From: a virus
Length of the DNA stretch: 64,000 nt
IMG/VR virus record: IMGVR_UViG_3300043465_002420
Direction: 5' to 3' (one strand)
This document shows positions 29,833 through 40,194 of the stretch, piece by piece (within the stretch, counting starts at the first letter, position 1; each line of letters starts with the position of its first letter). Position numbers and translations under genes: made by a program. The notes beneath the pieces are model-generated. The model saw only the letters and a program-made list of their open reading frames with translations, was not told the DNA's origin and did no database searches.

Positions 29833-30302
29833 TTTTTAATATTTCGATCAATGAAAGACTGATCTTCTGGATTTACAGTTATATTTTCTGGCTTTCTATT
29901 CAAAGACCAATCGTGATTTAAGAAAATGAAGTTTTTTTCTTGGTTGTTTTTTTCTATTATGGAAAAATTTTCATTAAAGCCTATTCCCAAGTTGTTTATT
30001 CTTTGAGAATTTTTTTTCAATTCTGCTTCGATATTTATAATTCTGCCAGTGATAGATTCATCTTTATTTACAATTGTACCAGTGACAGATTCATCTCCAA
30101 TTGGTTTTTTGTTACTTTTAATTTTAAAATGTTCAACAATAAAATATCTAAATTTTTCATTTTTTTTAAAGAGAAGTCCAATTGACATAAAAGAAAGTGC
30201 AATAATTACAAAGTATAAAAAAAAATTACTTTTTTTCTTTACGATAATTTTTTTTGATTTATTTAATATTTCATTTTCAAGTTCTTTTTCCCATGATTCC
30301 AT
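29826..30302 (-). CDS. Single-TM coiled-coil protein
   Basis: One TM helix; GGGGG SD-like run upstream. Confidence 0.6.
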   Translation of the reverse strand: MESWEKELENEILNKSKKIIVKKKSNFFLYFVIIALSFMSIGLLFKKNEKFRYFIVEHFKIKSNKKPIGDESVTGTIVNKDESITGRIINIEAELKKNSQRINNLGIGFNENFSIIEKNNQEKNFIFLNHDWSLNRKPENITVNPEDQSFIDRNIKNQ

Positions 30303-30314
30303 ATATCCCCCAAA

Positions 30315-31229
30315 TTATTTGTGCCTTAATAGGCTTTTATGTATAGATATGACCATATTGTTATAAATTTGACATTCATATTTTTTCTTATAAGAGAAAA
30401 GAGGCTCTAAATAAATTCCTCTTCTTATATTTCCAATATAATGTAGATTTTTTTTTGGACTATCATACATTGAAATTGCAATATATTTTTCTTTATCTTT
30501 ATACACTGATAAATCACATCTTGTTTTGATGGCATCTTTGGATAAGCTTTTTATGTAATTTTGAGATTGATATTCTTGTGTGTTGATTTTGGTAGAAAGT
30601 TTCATTTTTTCTGCGTCTATGAGATTATGCAATACCTTTTTATCTCCGTATTTATTTTTTTCATAAATTTTTCTTATGTTGTGCAAATTTTCAATTGAAA
30701 TATTTGAATGTCCTTTTAATCCATTGCATATTGAACACATAGTTTGATAATTTGAATGTCTATCTGTTCCTCCCACACACTTAGGTGTAATGTGATCTTT
30801 AGTCAAGAGGACAAGGCCATCTTGACTTTTAGCATAAAGATTAAAATGAGGAGTAACATCATTCAAGTTTTTTTCTAATATGACCTTTGTGCCTTCAATG
30901 CCACAACAAACACATTTATTGTTTTCTCTAAATAGAAAGTATCTCTGCGAGTTCATCTTTACAATGTACTCTTTACCTTGAAATGAAACTTTAAAATTAT
31001 TGTTTGTTTTTTTTAATTTATCTAATATAAAAGACCAAGAATATTCCTTGATCCTTTGAATTTCTATATTATTTTTTAATTCTTCGACTTTTATTTCTAA
31101 ATCAATATTTGGAAAATGCAAATCACGAATGGCATTGGTTAATTCATCAAATGCTTTTTGTTGAACAAATTCTTTAGATTCACCGCTTTTTATTGTCCAT
31201 TTTATACTCGCCTTAATTTCATATTTCAT
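30315..31229 (-). CDS. HNH endonuclease-domain protein
   Basis: CVCCG...LTKDHITPKCVGGTDRHSNYQTMCSICNGLKG. Confidence 0.85.
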   Translation of the reverse strand: MKYEIKASIKWTIKSGESKEFVQQKAFDELTNAIRDLHFPNIDLEIKVEELKNNIEIQRIKEYSWSFILDKLKKTNNNFKVSFQGKEYIVKMNSQRYFLFRENNKCVCCGIEGTKVILEKNLNDVTPHFNLYAKSQDGLVLLTKDHITPKCVGGTDRHSNYQTMCSICNGLKGHSNISIENLHNIRKIYEKNKYGDKKVLHNLIDAEKMKLSTKINTQEYQSQNYIKSLSKDAIKTRCDLSVYKDKEKYIAISMYDSPKKNLHYIGNIRRGIYLEPLFSYKKKYECQIYNNMVISIHKSLLRHK

Positions 31230-31483
31230 TGAAACTCTTCATTCATATGATCTGCTTCGGCCTGACTGTATAAAAGCTCATAGACCATAAGACCACAATA
31301 GGCTGTAATCAATTTGTTTTTATTTATTTTAGAAAACGACCTAATCCATGTGCTTATAATTGGATTTACTTCTTCTATTTCTTTAAGTTTATTTTCAATA
31401 TACAAAACATCATCAGCGTTTTGCAAATTTCCAATTAATGAAAATGTCGTTTCCTTTTTCACCACAGGCAAATACTTTTCCAT
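31226..31483 (-). CDS. Small hypothetical protein
   Basis: 85 aa; AAGGAAG SD. Confidence 0.6.
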   Translation of the reverse strand: MEKYLPVVKKETTFSLIGNLQNADDVLYIENKLKEIEEVNPIISTWIRSFSKINKNKLITAYCGLMVYELLYSQAEADHMNEEFQ

Positions 31484-31491
31484 TATCTTCC

Positions 31492-32385
31492 TTAAGGCAA
31501 TATCTGAAGTACATAATCATTAAACACTTGTGCCATCTGGTGTTCTGGGAATGCTTTGCTGTAGTCATCCCTAGTTATTCTTGATGACACCAATTTGTTG
31601 TCTTTGAAGAAATCTTCAACTAGAGTTTTAACACCATCTTGACTAACGACCTTAAACCTAGCACCATCAAACCATTTATTGTTTTCGTTAATTGGAAAAT
31701 AAGTCTTCTGTTTTATATCACCAATAAGACCAAGCTCCGTCAACTCTTCATCTGTAAAAACTAATTGAACATAAGCTTTATTTAACTTTCTGTACAAATG
31801 AGTTCCATGCCTTGATGAAAAAGGATGGCAACGAACAAATATTTTTGAATTATCATCAACGATTTGACGAATTTTATTTAAAACTTCAACTGGGTTTTCG
31901 GTATGATCTAAAACATCATAAAGCAAAACAAAATCGTAAGGAGCATTTTTTTTAATTTTTTCAAAGTCACTTGTCAATAAAAAGCTTTCTTTTTTTTCTT
32001 CCCAATTTAAATTGCCACTTTTCAAAATATCATAACCATGAGACTTAGTCGCCCCAGATGTAGAGGCATTAAGTGCAACATGTCCTTCGCCACATCCAAA
32101 ATCCAAAAAGCTTTTATCTCTTAAATCCTGACTTAAATAAGAAATAATACCTTCGGCCCTATCAATTTTATCTTGTTCGTTCTCTTCACATATTAAAAAA
32201 TCAGGGGCAGCTTGAGGCCATTCTTCTGACATAAGAAGTGATTTCAAAACATCAAAATCAGATTTTTTTTCTATTTCCGAGATATTTTCTATTTTTTGAT
32301 CATTAGAAATTAAAGCAAGTTTTTTAAGTTGTGTCAGAATATCTTCAAAATTCTGAATAATTTTATCTAAGCTCATGAAATCCAT
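31492..32385 (-). CDS. Class I SAM-dependent methyltransferase (paralog of 46147-47022)
   Basis: LDFGCGEG, YDFVLLYDVLDH, RCHPFSSRHGTHL. Confidence 0.85.
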   Translation of the reverse strand: MDFMSLDKIIQNFEDILTQLKKLALISNDQKIENISEIEKKSDFDVLKSLLMSEEWPQAAPDFLICEENEQDKIDRAEGIISYLSQDLRDKSFLDFGCGEGHVALNASTSGATKSHGYDILKSGNLNWEEKKESFLLTSDFEKIKKNAPYDFVLLYDVLDHTENPVEVLNKIRQIVDDNSKIFVRCHPFSSRHGTHLYRKLNKAYVQLVFTDEELTELGLIGDIKQKTYFPINENNKWFDGARFKVVSQDGVKTLVEDFFKDNKLVSSRITRDDYSKAFPEHQMAQVFNDYVLQILP

Positions 32386-32450
32386 CCTTTATAAAAGCCT
32401 ACCTATTCTATAATAGAAATTATAAAACAAAATTTAAAAAAATTTCAACC

Positions 32451-33197
32451 TTAAAGTGATTGTAATTTTTGTTCTAGGCTTTTTTTCGAATGCATTTTAA
32501 ATGTTGGATACATGTAGCTAAAAGAATTTTTAACATTATTGAAAAAATCATCATATTTAGCCTGAATTATAATATCGCCATCTACTTTAAGAGTTCCGGC
32601 CAAATGAGACATTCCACTATCTATTCCAAAAAAACCAGAAGATTCCATTAGTTTTTTTGATAGATTGATCAAATCAGAAAAAAAACACTCACGGTCTTTT
32701 ATATAAGTTTTTGTTTCTGTTCCACCTATGCATATTGATTTTTTCTTCTCAAATGCCCTAAAAGCATTTCTTACATCATTATTCGTAAAACTTTTTCTAG
32801 CTTCTACTGATCTACACAAAAAATGAAAACATAAAAAGTCTTTTTTTTCTTTAACGCCATGAAATGTGTCAGGTAAGATAAATTTTTTCAATTTAATTTT
32901 TTTAAGCGTACTAAGTCCAAAGCATATATTCAAATAAGAATAAGGAAGATAATTTTCAAAAGAAACAGTATTAAATTCAGGTTTCCAAGGATGGAAATAA
33001 TTACTCAAATAAATGTGACCATTATAATTAAATATTTTAAAAAGCTGAGAATAAATTTCAGGACTTTCTCCCAAAATTCCTATCTTTATGCCTTCTTGTA
33101 TAGCCAAATTATACAAAATATTAAAACTTGTAATTATATCACCAAGATGCATAAACCGCAAATATACTTTACCATCATTTCGTTTCAATTTTATCAT
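32451..33197 (-). CDS. Glycosyltransferase family 9 (heptosyltransferase)-like protein
   Basis: HLGDII near the N-terminus; FFGIDSGMSHLAGTL. Confidence 0.65.
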   Translation of the reverse strand: MIKLKRNDGKVYLRFMHLGDIITSFNILYNLAIQEGIKIGILGESPEIYSQLFKIFNYNGHIYLSNYFHPWKPEFNTVSFENYLPYSYLNICFGLSTLKKIKLKKFILPDTFHGVKEKKDFLCFHFLCRSVEARKSFTNNDVRNAFRAFEKKKSICIGGTETKTYIKDRECFFSDLINLSKKLMESSGFFGIDSGMSHLAGTLKVDGDIIIQAKYDDFFNNVKNSFSYMYPTFKMHSKKSLEQKLQSL

Positions 33198-33631
33198 GGC
33201 TGTGAATTAAAATTTATTTTTCTTAAAATATTTTTTTGCTTGTCTCTTTGTTTGAGATAGTAACTTATTCCCTTTTTTATTTGATTTTCCTTAGATTCTC
33301 TCACATCTCCAAAAATTGCATAATTCTCCATTTTTATAAGCTTGGCCATATTATCTTCCCCGCCAAACAAACTAAGCTCTCTAATTCTAATATCCACCTC
33401 TTCACTTGCTTTTTTTTGAATTTCTTCCTCAGTCATAACAACAAGATCGACATCAATAGGCAAAGAAACCTTTCTGATATTTTCCCACATCCATACAGGA
33501 ATAATGACCACATGATTAGTGTCATTTTTCAAAACCTCGACTTCTTCAAGTTGCAAATAGATATTATCAGCATCAAAGCACTGCTTGTATACTTTGTATC
33601 CTTCTCCAGAAGACAAATTTATCTTAGTCAT
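33194..33631 (-). CDS. Hypothetical protein
   Basis: 145 aa; AGGAG SD. Confidence 0.65.
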   Translation of the reverse strand: MTKINLSSGEGYKVYKQCFDADNIYLQLEEVEVLKNDTNHVVIIPVWMWENIRKVSLPIDVDLVVMTEEEIQKKASEEVDIRIRELSLFGGEDNMAKLIKMENYAIFGDVRESKENQIKKGISYYLKQRDKQKNILRKINFNSQP

Positions 33632-33740
33632 GAAAATTCTCCTACAGACAAATTATAAGAGAAAATAATAACAATAAAAATATTTGTTTTTATTTTTATG
33701 GAATCTTAAAATTAAACAAATAACTTTTTGGTGAAATATA

Positions 33741-34331
33741 ATGCCATACAAAGATAAAGAAGATTATAAAAAGTATCAAAAAAAATATCATAAAGATTGG
33801 TATGATATGAACAAGGAAAATAGAAAAAAACAAATAAAAAAAAGAAAAGTTGAAATCTACAAAGAAGTGGCCAATTTTAAATCAACCAATAAATGCAAGA
33901 TATGCAAAGAATCAAATCCAGTCGCACTAGATTTTCATCACCTGTCTGATAAAAAATTTGGAATTCGTGCTGGTATCTCTTCTGGATATAACCTAAAAAA
34001 AATAGTGGATGAGATGTCCAAATGTATAGTTTTGTGTGCGAATTGTCACAGGAAAGAACATCACGACAAAAAGGAAAATAAAACCATAAACAATCGTGAA
34101 AAAATAAACAATTTCAAATCAATCAATAAATGCAAGATATGCAAAGAATCAAATCCAGTCGCACTAGATTTTCATCACCTGTCTGATAAAAAATTTGAAA
34201 TAAGCAAAGTATCAAGCTCCAGATGTAGTCTTGAACATATAATGAATGAAATATCAAAATGTATATTGCTATGTGCGAATTGTCATAGAAAAGAACATTA
34301 TGGCGAAAAATCAGAATCATCCCACTCGTAA
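33741..34331 (+). CDS. Tandem double-HNH endonuclease
   Basis: Two copies of CKICKESNPVALDFHHL...KC.LCANCHRKEH. Confidence 0.85.
   Translation: MPYKDKEDYKKYQKKYHKDWYDMNKENRKKQIKKRKVEIYKEVANFKSTNKCKICKESNPVALDFHHLSDKKFGIRAGISSGYNLKKIVDEMSKCIVLCANCHRKEHHDKKENKTINNREKINNFKSINKCKICKESNPVALDFHHLSDKKFEISKVSSSRCSLEHIMNEISKCILLCANCHRKEHYGEKSESSHS
33887..34197 (+). repeat. 74-nt perfect direct repeat (33887-33960 and 34124-34197), 237-nt period
   Basis: caataaatgcaag...gataaaaaatttg is identical in both copies. Confidence 0.9.
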
Positions 34332-34651
34332 GGAATAATCTTCCATGTGTCTAGAATTGTATAATCTGCTTTTAAATCCATTTCTGGATGCAACTGCCAA
34401 CTAGTAATTCTAACACCTTGAACAGTAATTTTATGATCTTCCATCATCATGCACAAATTGAGTTCTATTCCCTGTTCATGCCAACCATCCATTTCTCGAT
34501 CAGATGGCTCAATTTGAATAATTAAATGTCCTGTAATATCTTCTAATTGGTAACTACTAGGCAAAGGAAATTGCCCTGCATTCGATGGATAATCACCAGG
34601 GTCTTCCCAAATGTCTATTTCTAAAGATAAAGTATTTTCAAGAATTTTCAT
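34298..34651 (-). CDS. Acidic hypothetical protein
   Basis: 117 aa ORF. Confidence 0.6.
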   Translation of the reverse strand: MKILENTLSLEIDIWEDPGDYPSNAGQFPLPSSYQLEDITGHLIIQIEPSDREMDGWHEQGIELNLCMMMEDHKITVQGVRITSWQLHPEMDLKADYTILDTWKIIPYEWDDSDFSP

Positions 34652-34691
34652 ACGATTCCCATCAATGTAAAATTACATAAATATATTTTTG

Positions 34692-34728
34692 ATAAGAATC
34701 ACAAATCAAGATGACTTGTGATTCTTAT
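34692..34728. terminator. Stem-loop, probable terminator
   Basis: ataagaatcacaa/ttgtgattcttat 13-bp inverted repeat just after the stop at 34740; no clear U tract. Confidence 0.55.
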
Positions 34729-34739
34729 TCGTTCAAAAA

Positions 34740-35633
34740 TTAATCTGCGTTTGTACCAAGAATATCAGCAGCAGCAGCAATTTTTCGATTGCTTTGTTCG
34801 ACTGGATTATCGCCAACCGCAAACTTTGGATATGCGGGATAAGATACTGGTCTGATTAAATTAAAGATTGCGATCAATTGATCCACACTCTTTGCGTATG
34901 CACAGACCCTTTCCAAAAATCCATCCCTAACAGTGACACCAGAATCACGATGAATAAGAGCGATCTTTTCATCATCGGTAAGACCTTCAATCGTTGTCTT
35001 TCCAGATGCCGTTAAAAATATAGCTAGCTTTTTACCAGCAGATTTTTCAATCTCAGTCGCTGGCACAAATTCCCTACCACTTCCATAATGACCAGTCAAT
35101 AGATCAGTAATAGGGCGAACACCAATTACTGGATTTAAAATTAATTCGTTATTTACCAAAGATTCGGCATCATGCGGATGTAGGCCAGAATCAGTAAATG
35201 CCGAAATATAAACACTTTTTGCATCAAGTCCCTCAGCAACTTCTGGGAGCTTTACCTTAAATTTATCGGTAAACAACCAACTTGCGGTATGGTCAACAGT
35301 GTTATTTTTTTCAGTTTGTAGTTGGGGATTAGAAGGTCTTGATCTAGATTCAAAATATTTTATACAAAATTCTTGTAGACATATTTCATTCAAAATGTCT
35401 TTTGAATTTTCTAATCGCTGCATAACTGGTTCAGCTACAATTTTTGCAGAAATCCAACGAGTAAACACCTCTTGTGCTTCTTCGTCTAGGGATATTTTCC
35501 ACTTAGAAGCCTTGCCCTTTACTGTTGGGGTGATTGGAGGGAGAGATGCAACTAAAGATTCTAAAACACTTGCTACAGATTCTGTAGTAGAAGATTTGGA
35601 TACAGACACAGACTTTGTGGCTTTTTTAGCCAT
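34740..35633 (-). CDS. Hypothetical protein
   Basis: 297 aa; GAGG SD with TATAAT upstream. Confidence 0.75.
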   Translation of the reverse strand: MAKKATKSVSVSKSSTTESVASVLESLVASLPPITPTVKGKASKWKISLDEEAQEVFTRWISAKIVAEPVMQRLENSKDILNEICLQEFCIKYFESRSRPSNPQLQTEKNNTVDHTASWLFTDKFKVKLPEVAEGLDAKSVYISAFTDSGLHPHDAESLVNNELILNPVIGVRPITDLLTGHYGSGREFVPATEIEKSAGKKLAIFLTASGKTTIEGLTDDEKIALIHRDSGVTVRDGFLERVCAYAKSVDQLIAIFNLIRPVSYPAYPKFAVGDNPVEQSNRKIAAAADILGTNAD

Positions 35634-35738
35634 GATACATTACCTCATATTATAACCATTTGTTGCTCTGGCCCATTGCCATCGCTAAGGTCACTATATG
35701 GAAATAAATTTAAAAGTAAGGTGGGGAAAATATATTTT

Positions 35739-36599
35739 TCAAAAATTATTCGCAGAAATAAGAAGTGTTTGGTCTGCCATTAATATCCAAGACTGCAAAA
35801 AATAAGCATTTGGCAAACTTTTTTGTTCCATTTCTCGGAGTAAAACTTTTGCATCCTCGTTTATTTTATTTAACTTTTCATGATTGTTATTCAATTGAAC
35901 AAGGATTTTAATGTTATCTACCAAATCATAATATTGAAGAATTAAAGATTCGTACATTTTTTTAGGTTCTAAGTAGAAATATTTCAAAATATTTTCGACA
36001 CAATCATTTGAATGTAGCTGTCCATTTGAATGGTGTAACCATCCAGCGCACATTAAATCTACTTTTTCATTTGGTTTTAAATTTATATCATATGCAGCCT
36101 CCTGTGTCATGGAGTACAAATGATTTTTTAATGGGATGTTTCCAAAAAACACATCATCTTTATGTAATTCTAAAGACTCATACTTTGATTTTCTAATATC
36201 TTGATTTATAAAATATTCCTGAACAAAAACCTTACATTTTCTACAAATGCCATCGCCAACCAAATCATTTTGACTTTCATTGTAAAAATCATGATTACAA
36301 GATTTTATTTTTTGAAAATTATCATATGCATCATCCTCAGCAATTTCAATTTTCTTACCTCTTCCTGTAATCCATATTCTTGGCCTTTGCCATTTTTCAA
36401 GTATAAATATGTTTGGTAAATTTATACTTTCTGGGATTTGTATATTGGCAGCAAATAAATACTTGTCTTTTTTATCTTTTTTTGAATAAAGATTTTTATA
36501 CTTCAAATAATTTATTTCAGATTCTTTTATCTTAACAATCGCATCTTCGCCCCAATCTTTGGAGCTTGAATATTCAATTTCTGTTTTATTAGAGTACAT
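35739..36599 (-). CDS. Hypothetical protein
   Basis: 286 aa; overlaps the sigma gene stop. Confidence 0.65.
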   Translation of the reverse strand: MYSNKTEIEYSSSKDWGEDAIVKIKESEINYLKYKNLYSKKDKKDKYLFAANIQIPESINLPNIFILEKWQRPRIWITGRGKKIEIAEDDAYDNFQKIKSCNHDFYNESQNDLVGDGICRKCKVFVQEYFINQDIRKSKYESLELHKDDVFFGNIPLKNHLYSMTQEAAYDINLKPNEKVDLMCAGWLHHSNGQLHSNDCVENILKYFYLEPKKMYESLILQYYDLVDNIKILVQLNNNHEKLNKINEDAKVLLREMEQKSLPNAYFLQSWILMADQTLLISANNF

Positions 36600-37512
36600 T
36601 TTTACAATCCGTGTTCCTTACAGTTTCACGCATAGAAATCAAAAATTTCTCTTTTAACTGCCTTACTCTTTCCTTCGTTATTTCCAATAAACCGCTTATT
36701 TCTTCAAGATTTTTTCTTTCTTTTCCATTAATTCCAAAATAATGCTCAATGATTAAAATCTGCCTATTGATATCTCTTGTATTAAGTCTTTTTTTTGCAG
36801 TTTCAATAACACGATTGATAAATATTGCATTTTCTTTTTGATGCACTTCTGATGTAAGGAATATTTCTGCCGAATTTTGAATTTCTGTTTGATTATCGTC
36901 AATACTATAAAATTCATTTTTTTTATTTTTTTTAAGATTAATCATTCTGAAGAAGTTTTTACGGAGAACCCAAACACAATATGTACTAAACTTATTTCCA
37001 AGAGTGTAATTGAAATAATCAACAGATTTTATCACATCCATATAAGCATCTGACAAATAGTTATCCAGATTGCGTTTTTCTCTATAACTTTTAAAATCGT
37101 TTTTCAAAATGTGTGTTGCCAAACGAAAATTAGAACTTGCTATCTTGTTACGCAAATCATATATTTTAATTTGGAGATTTTCTATTTTTTCTATTTTTGT
37201 TTTGATTGATTTTTTGCAATTCAATTTTTCAATTAAATTTTTAGCTTTGAATTTGAGAAAATTAAGTTGTTTAAAAAGATGATATTCTTGTTCCCTCGTT
37301 AGAAGAGGCTCTTCGTAACAAGGTCTCATTTCTGGTTGTTTGTTTGTATTTCTAAGATTTAAAACTTTCTTTGATTCCAAATCGAATTTATGTTTGTCTG
37401 GTATATCGCCTAATATTTTTTTACTTGTAATCTTTTTATCAAAATCAACATGATGAAAATACTTTAAGTTTGTCTTTAATATAGATTCTTTCCTTTCTTC
37501 AATCGCTTGCAT
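36589..37512 (-). CDS. RNA polymerase sigma-70 family factor (Planctomycete-like architecture)
   Basis: EEPLLTREQEYHLFKQLNFLKFKA; SNFRLATHI; FNYTLGNKFSTYCVW (region 2); NLEEISGLLEITKERVRQL (region 4.2). Confidence 0.9.
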   Translation of the reverse strand: MQAIEERKESILKTNLKYFHHVDFDKKITSKKILGDIPDKHKFDLESKKVLNLRNTNKQPEMRPCYEEPLLTREQEYHLFKQLNFLKFKAKNLIEKLNCKKSIKTKIEKIENLQIKIYDLRNKIASSNFRLATHILKNDFKSYREKRNLDNYLSDAYMDVIKSVDYFNYTLGNKFSTYCVWVLRKNFFRMINLKKNKKNEFYSIDDNQTEIQNSAEIFLTSEVHQKENAIFINRVIETAKKRLNTRDINRQILIIEHYFGINGKERKNLEEISGLLEITKERVRQLKEKFLISMRETVRNTDCKNVL

Positions 37513-37548
37513 TTTTAGACCTCTAAATTATAAAAATAAACATGATTT

Positions 37549-37577
37549 ATTTTAATTTATAAATTTTAATATTGCAA
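37549..37577 (-). promoter_or_regulatory. Sigma-70-type promoter for the sigma gene
   Basis: TTGCAA-17 nt-TAAAAT, then GAGG SD. Confidence 0.5.
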
Positions 37578-37587
37578 GATAAATCTA

Positions 37588-37917
37588 TTACAAATCTTCC
37601 ATTTCCTTTTTTATTTTATTTCGTACAAGATCGGCAGATGATTCTAGTATACTTATAGATAAAGCTGGCGGTATATTAAAGCAATCTACTAATATTCCAT
37701 TAGTAGATGTTTTTATTATAATTAAAGGTGTTTCACGATTTTTAATTTCTTCAAAAAACTGATCCATAGTCGCCAATTCTAAATACTCTTGCAATGTTTT
37801 TTGCTGATAGTTTCTAAGTTTTCTATTTTCTGTCATTAGAATTGAAAGTAACAAATATCCAATCGATAAACCAAATATGAATAATGCTATAAGAATTGTT
37901 AGTAAAATTTCCATCAA
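37588..37917 (-). CDS. Single-TM hypothetical protein
   Basis: N-terminal TM; AAGGTG SD. Confidence 0.6.
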   Translation of the reverse strand: MMEILLTILIALFIFGLSIGYLLLSILMTENRKLRNYQQKTLQEYLELATMDQFFEEIKNRETPLIIIKTSTNGILVDCFNIPPALSISILESSADLVRNKIKKEMEDL

Positions 37918-38337
37918 TCACCTTATGGGCCAAAAAAATCCAGCTTCTTTGCACCCGCTTACATCTTTTTGATAAAAATAAGCTTCGGCAGTCTTCCTGT
38001 ATAATTTAGTAAGAGTTTCATTAAAAAGTGGCAAATTTACAATTGTGATTTCATCCAATAGAATTTCACGCCTTTGAAAAACATTGTATTCCACCCCTTC
38101 AATATCATCTAAAACACGCAAACATTCTGTATCTACTTCGTATAATTCCCCATATATTTTTTTACCAGCGAATTTATCTTTCGACTCGACCAAACATGGA
38201 TACGAAATTGTTTTAAACATAAAATATTGCCCGATTGTTTTAGCAATTCCTATGTATCTTTGTTCTTCCAAAATATAATGCCTTGAATGGCCATTTTTTA
38301 AGGTTCCATAAACAAAAATCAAATGATAATCTTCCAT
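37918..38337 (-). CDS. Gamma-glutamylcyclotransferase (GGCT/AIG2-like)
   Basis: IFVYGTLK, IYGELYEV, LDDIEG. Confidence 0.9.
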   Translation of the reverse strand: MEDYHLIFVYGTLKNGHSRHYILEEQRYIGIAKTIGQYFMFKTISYPCLVESKDKFAGKKIYGELYEVDTECLRVLDDIEGVEYNVFQRREILLDEITIVNLPLFNETLTKLYRKTAEAYFYQKDVSGCKEAGFFWPIR

Positions 38338-38343
38338 AATTTG

Positions 38344-38850
38344 CTACCTTTCAATGAGACTTACTTTATGTTCATAAAAAGATAAACAAAAATTACAAAT
38401 TAACTCATGATTATAATTTTTGTTTTCTATAAAATCATGAACGAGCCATTTGGCGTATATTCTACGAACCTGCTCCCAAAACATTTGAGGTGCAAATATA
38501 AAACCAACATCATAAACAAGCCTTTCTTGAAAATATTCATAGAAATAAACTTGTTTTAAAATGTTTACTATTGGAAAAACCAATAATTTTTTATCTTCTT
38601 GAAAAACCTCATTGACAATAATCCTATCTTTAAAGTCAATATTTTTTATATCTTTATACGAATCTGTTAATATCACAGGATCTTTTGTAAAACTTAGTGT
38701 CTTGTAAATGTCATCCACTATTGTTGGTATTCCTTCGATTTCTGAAATCAAAGGTTCAACACCAAGAATGGCAATCTCATGACCTTCATCCTTGTATTGA
38801 TTCATCCAATCATAAGACTTATTTTTTATATAAATACTATATATTTTCAT
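38344..38850 (-). CDS. Hypothetical protein
   Basis: 168 aa ORF. Confidence 0.6.
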   Translation of the reverse strand: MKIYSIYIKNKSYDWMNQYKDEGHEIAILGVEPLISEIEGIPTIVDDIYKTLSFTKDPVILTDSYKDIKNIDFKDRIIVNEVFQEDKKLLVFPIVNILKQVYFYEYFQERLVYDVGFIFAPQMFWEQVRRIYAKWLVHDFIENKNYNHELICNFCLSFYEHKVSLIER

Positions 38851-38880
38851 ATTTTTGTACCACTTGTTCTGTTGTGTTTT

Positions 38881-40134
38881 TCAAACCTTTTTAATTAACA
38901 TTTCATCAATTGTAATTGAATTAGAGTCATTGTCGGAAGCGTTGAACATTATGTCGCTCATGAAATTTTCCACAACCGACCTTAAAGCTCTTGCCCCTGT
39001 TCCCTTTTTAAAAGCCACATTTGCAATTTCTTTTATTGCTCCATCGGTAAATTTCAAATCAATATCATCATAAAAAAATAATTTTTGATATTGTTTTAAA
39101 ATTGAATTTTTAGGTTCAGTCAAAATTGAAATTAAATGGCTTTCAGTCATATGATCCAAAGCAACTTGTATTGGCAATCTTCCTACGAATTCAGGAATCA
39201 TTCCATATTGTATAAAATCTTCATCAGTGACGCTTTTAAGAATTTCATGATCTGAATTTTCAACACCTGTTGAATTTACAAATCCAATTTTACTTTTTCC
39301 AATTCTTCTTCTGATTGTATCTTCAATACCAACAAAAGTTCCGCCACATATAAAAAGTATGTTTGATGTATCGACTTGTATAAAATGTTGCTCTGGATGC
39401 TTTCTTCCTCCTTGGGGCGGAACATTACAAACTGTTCCCTCTATTATTTTAAGAAGTGATTGCTGAACTCCTTCTCCACTCACATCTCTTGTTATCGACA
39501 TATTCTTTGATGTTTTGGCTATTTTGTCTATCTCATCGATGTAAATAATTCCCATTTGTGCCTTATCAACATCATAATTTGTTTCACGAAGAAGTTTAAC
39601 TATAAGATTTTCAACATCTTCTCCAACATATCCAGCTTGGGTAAGGACTGTGGCATCTCCGATAGCAAATGGAACTCCAAGAAATTTGGCCAAGGTTTTT
39701 GCGAGTAATGTTTTTCCACAACCTGTCGGCCCTAAAAATAAGATGTTGGATTTTTCTATCGTTACATCTTGAAGTTTTTTTGGAATTTTCGATTGATTGG
39801 TCTTATCGTTTATGCGTTTATAATGGTTACAAACAGCAATTGCCAACAGTTTTTTTGCTCGATCTTGACCTATAACATGTTGATCTAAAAATTCGACAAC
39901 CTTTTTAGGACTAATCTTTTCAGAAAATTGAATTTCTTTTTTTAATTTTGATGACTTTTTAAAATCATCGGGGTTTGCAGTGGACAAAGATACATGCATT
40001 AAATTTATACAATTCGAACAAATGTAAGCCCTATCACCTTTTTTTCTTCCATTTCTCGGCCTTGCCAATGATGCACCCTCAATAATAACAGCATCATTCT
40101 TTTCGCAAAACTCACAATAAAAAACTTTAGACAT
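38881..40134 (-). CDS. clpX: ATP-dependent Clp protease ATP-binding subunit ClpX
   Basis: N-terminal C4 zinc finger; GPTGCGKT; [11 protein letters not shown]; DEIDK; [10 protein letters not shown]; GGRKHP; IGF loop; GARALR. Confidence 0.97.
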   Translation of the reverse strand: MSKVFYCEFCEKNDAVIIEGASLARPRNGRKKGDRAYICSNCINLMHVSLSTANPDDFKKSSKLKKEIQFSEKISPKKVVEFLDQHVIGQDRAKKLLAIAVCNHYKRINDKTNQSKIPKKLQDVTIEKSNILFLGPTGCGKTLLAKTLAKFLGVPFAIGDATVLTQAGYVGEDVENLIVKLLRETNYDVDKAQMGIIYIDEIDKIAKTSKNMSITRDVSGEGVQQSLLKIIEGTVCNVPPQGGRKHPEQHFIQVDTSNILFICGGTFVGIEDTIRRRIGKSKIGFVNSTGVENSDHEILKSVTDEDFIQYGMIPEFVGRLPIQVALDHMTESHLISILTEPKNSILKQYQKLFFYDDIDLKFTDGAIKEIANVAFKKGTGARALRSVVENFMSDIMFNASDNDSNSITIDEMLIKKV

Positions 40135-40162
40135 TCAACAATCCTCCGTGAAATAAAAAAAT

Positions 40163-40191
40163 ATTATACCATGAACCTTAACATCAAGCAA
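40163..40191 (-). promoter_or_regulatory. Sigma-70 promoter with extended -10 for clpX
   Basis: TTGCTT-17 nt-TATAAT with TGn; GGAGG SD. Confidence 0.7.
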
Positions 40192-40194
40192 TAT

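Noticed and set aside
2228-30100. Short in-gene tandem duplications (30-nt period at 2228-2268, 27-nt near 13120-13170, 33-nt near 30045-30100)
   Set aside because: Two-copy in-frame slippage duplications in linkers; no sign of a system.
33887-34197. DGR template/variable repeat pair
   Set aside because: The core is identical, flanking mismatches are not adenine-specific, both copies are in-frame domains, and there is no reverse transcriptase in the window.
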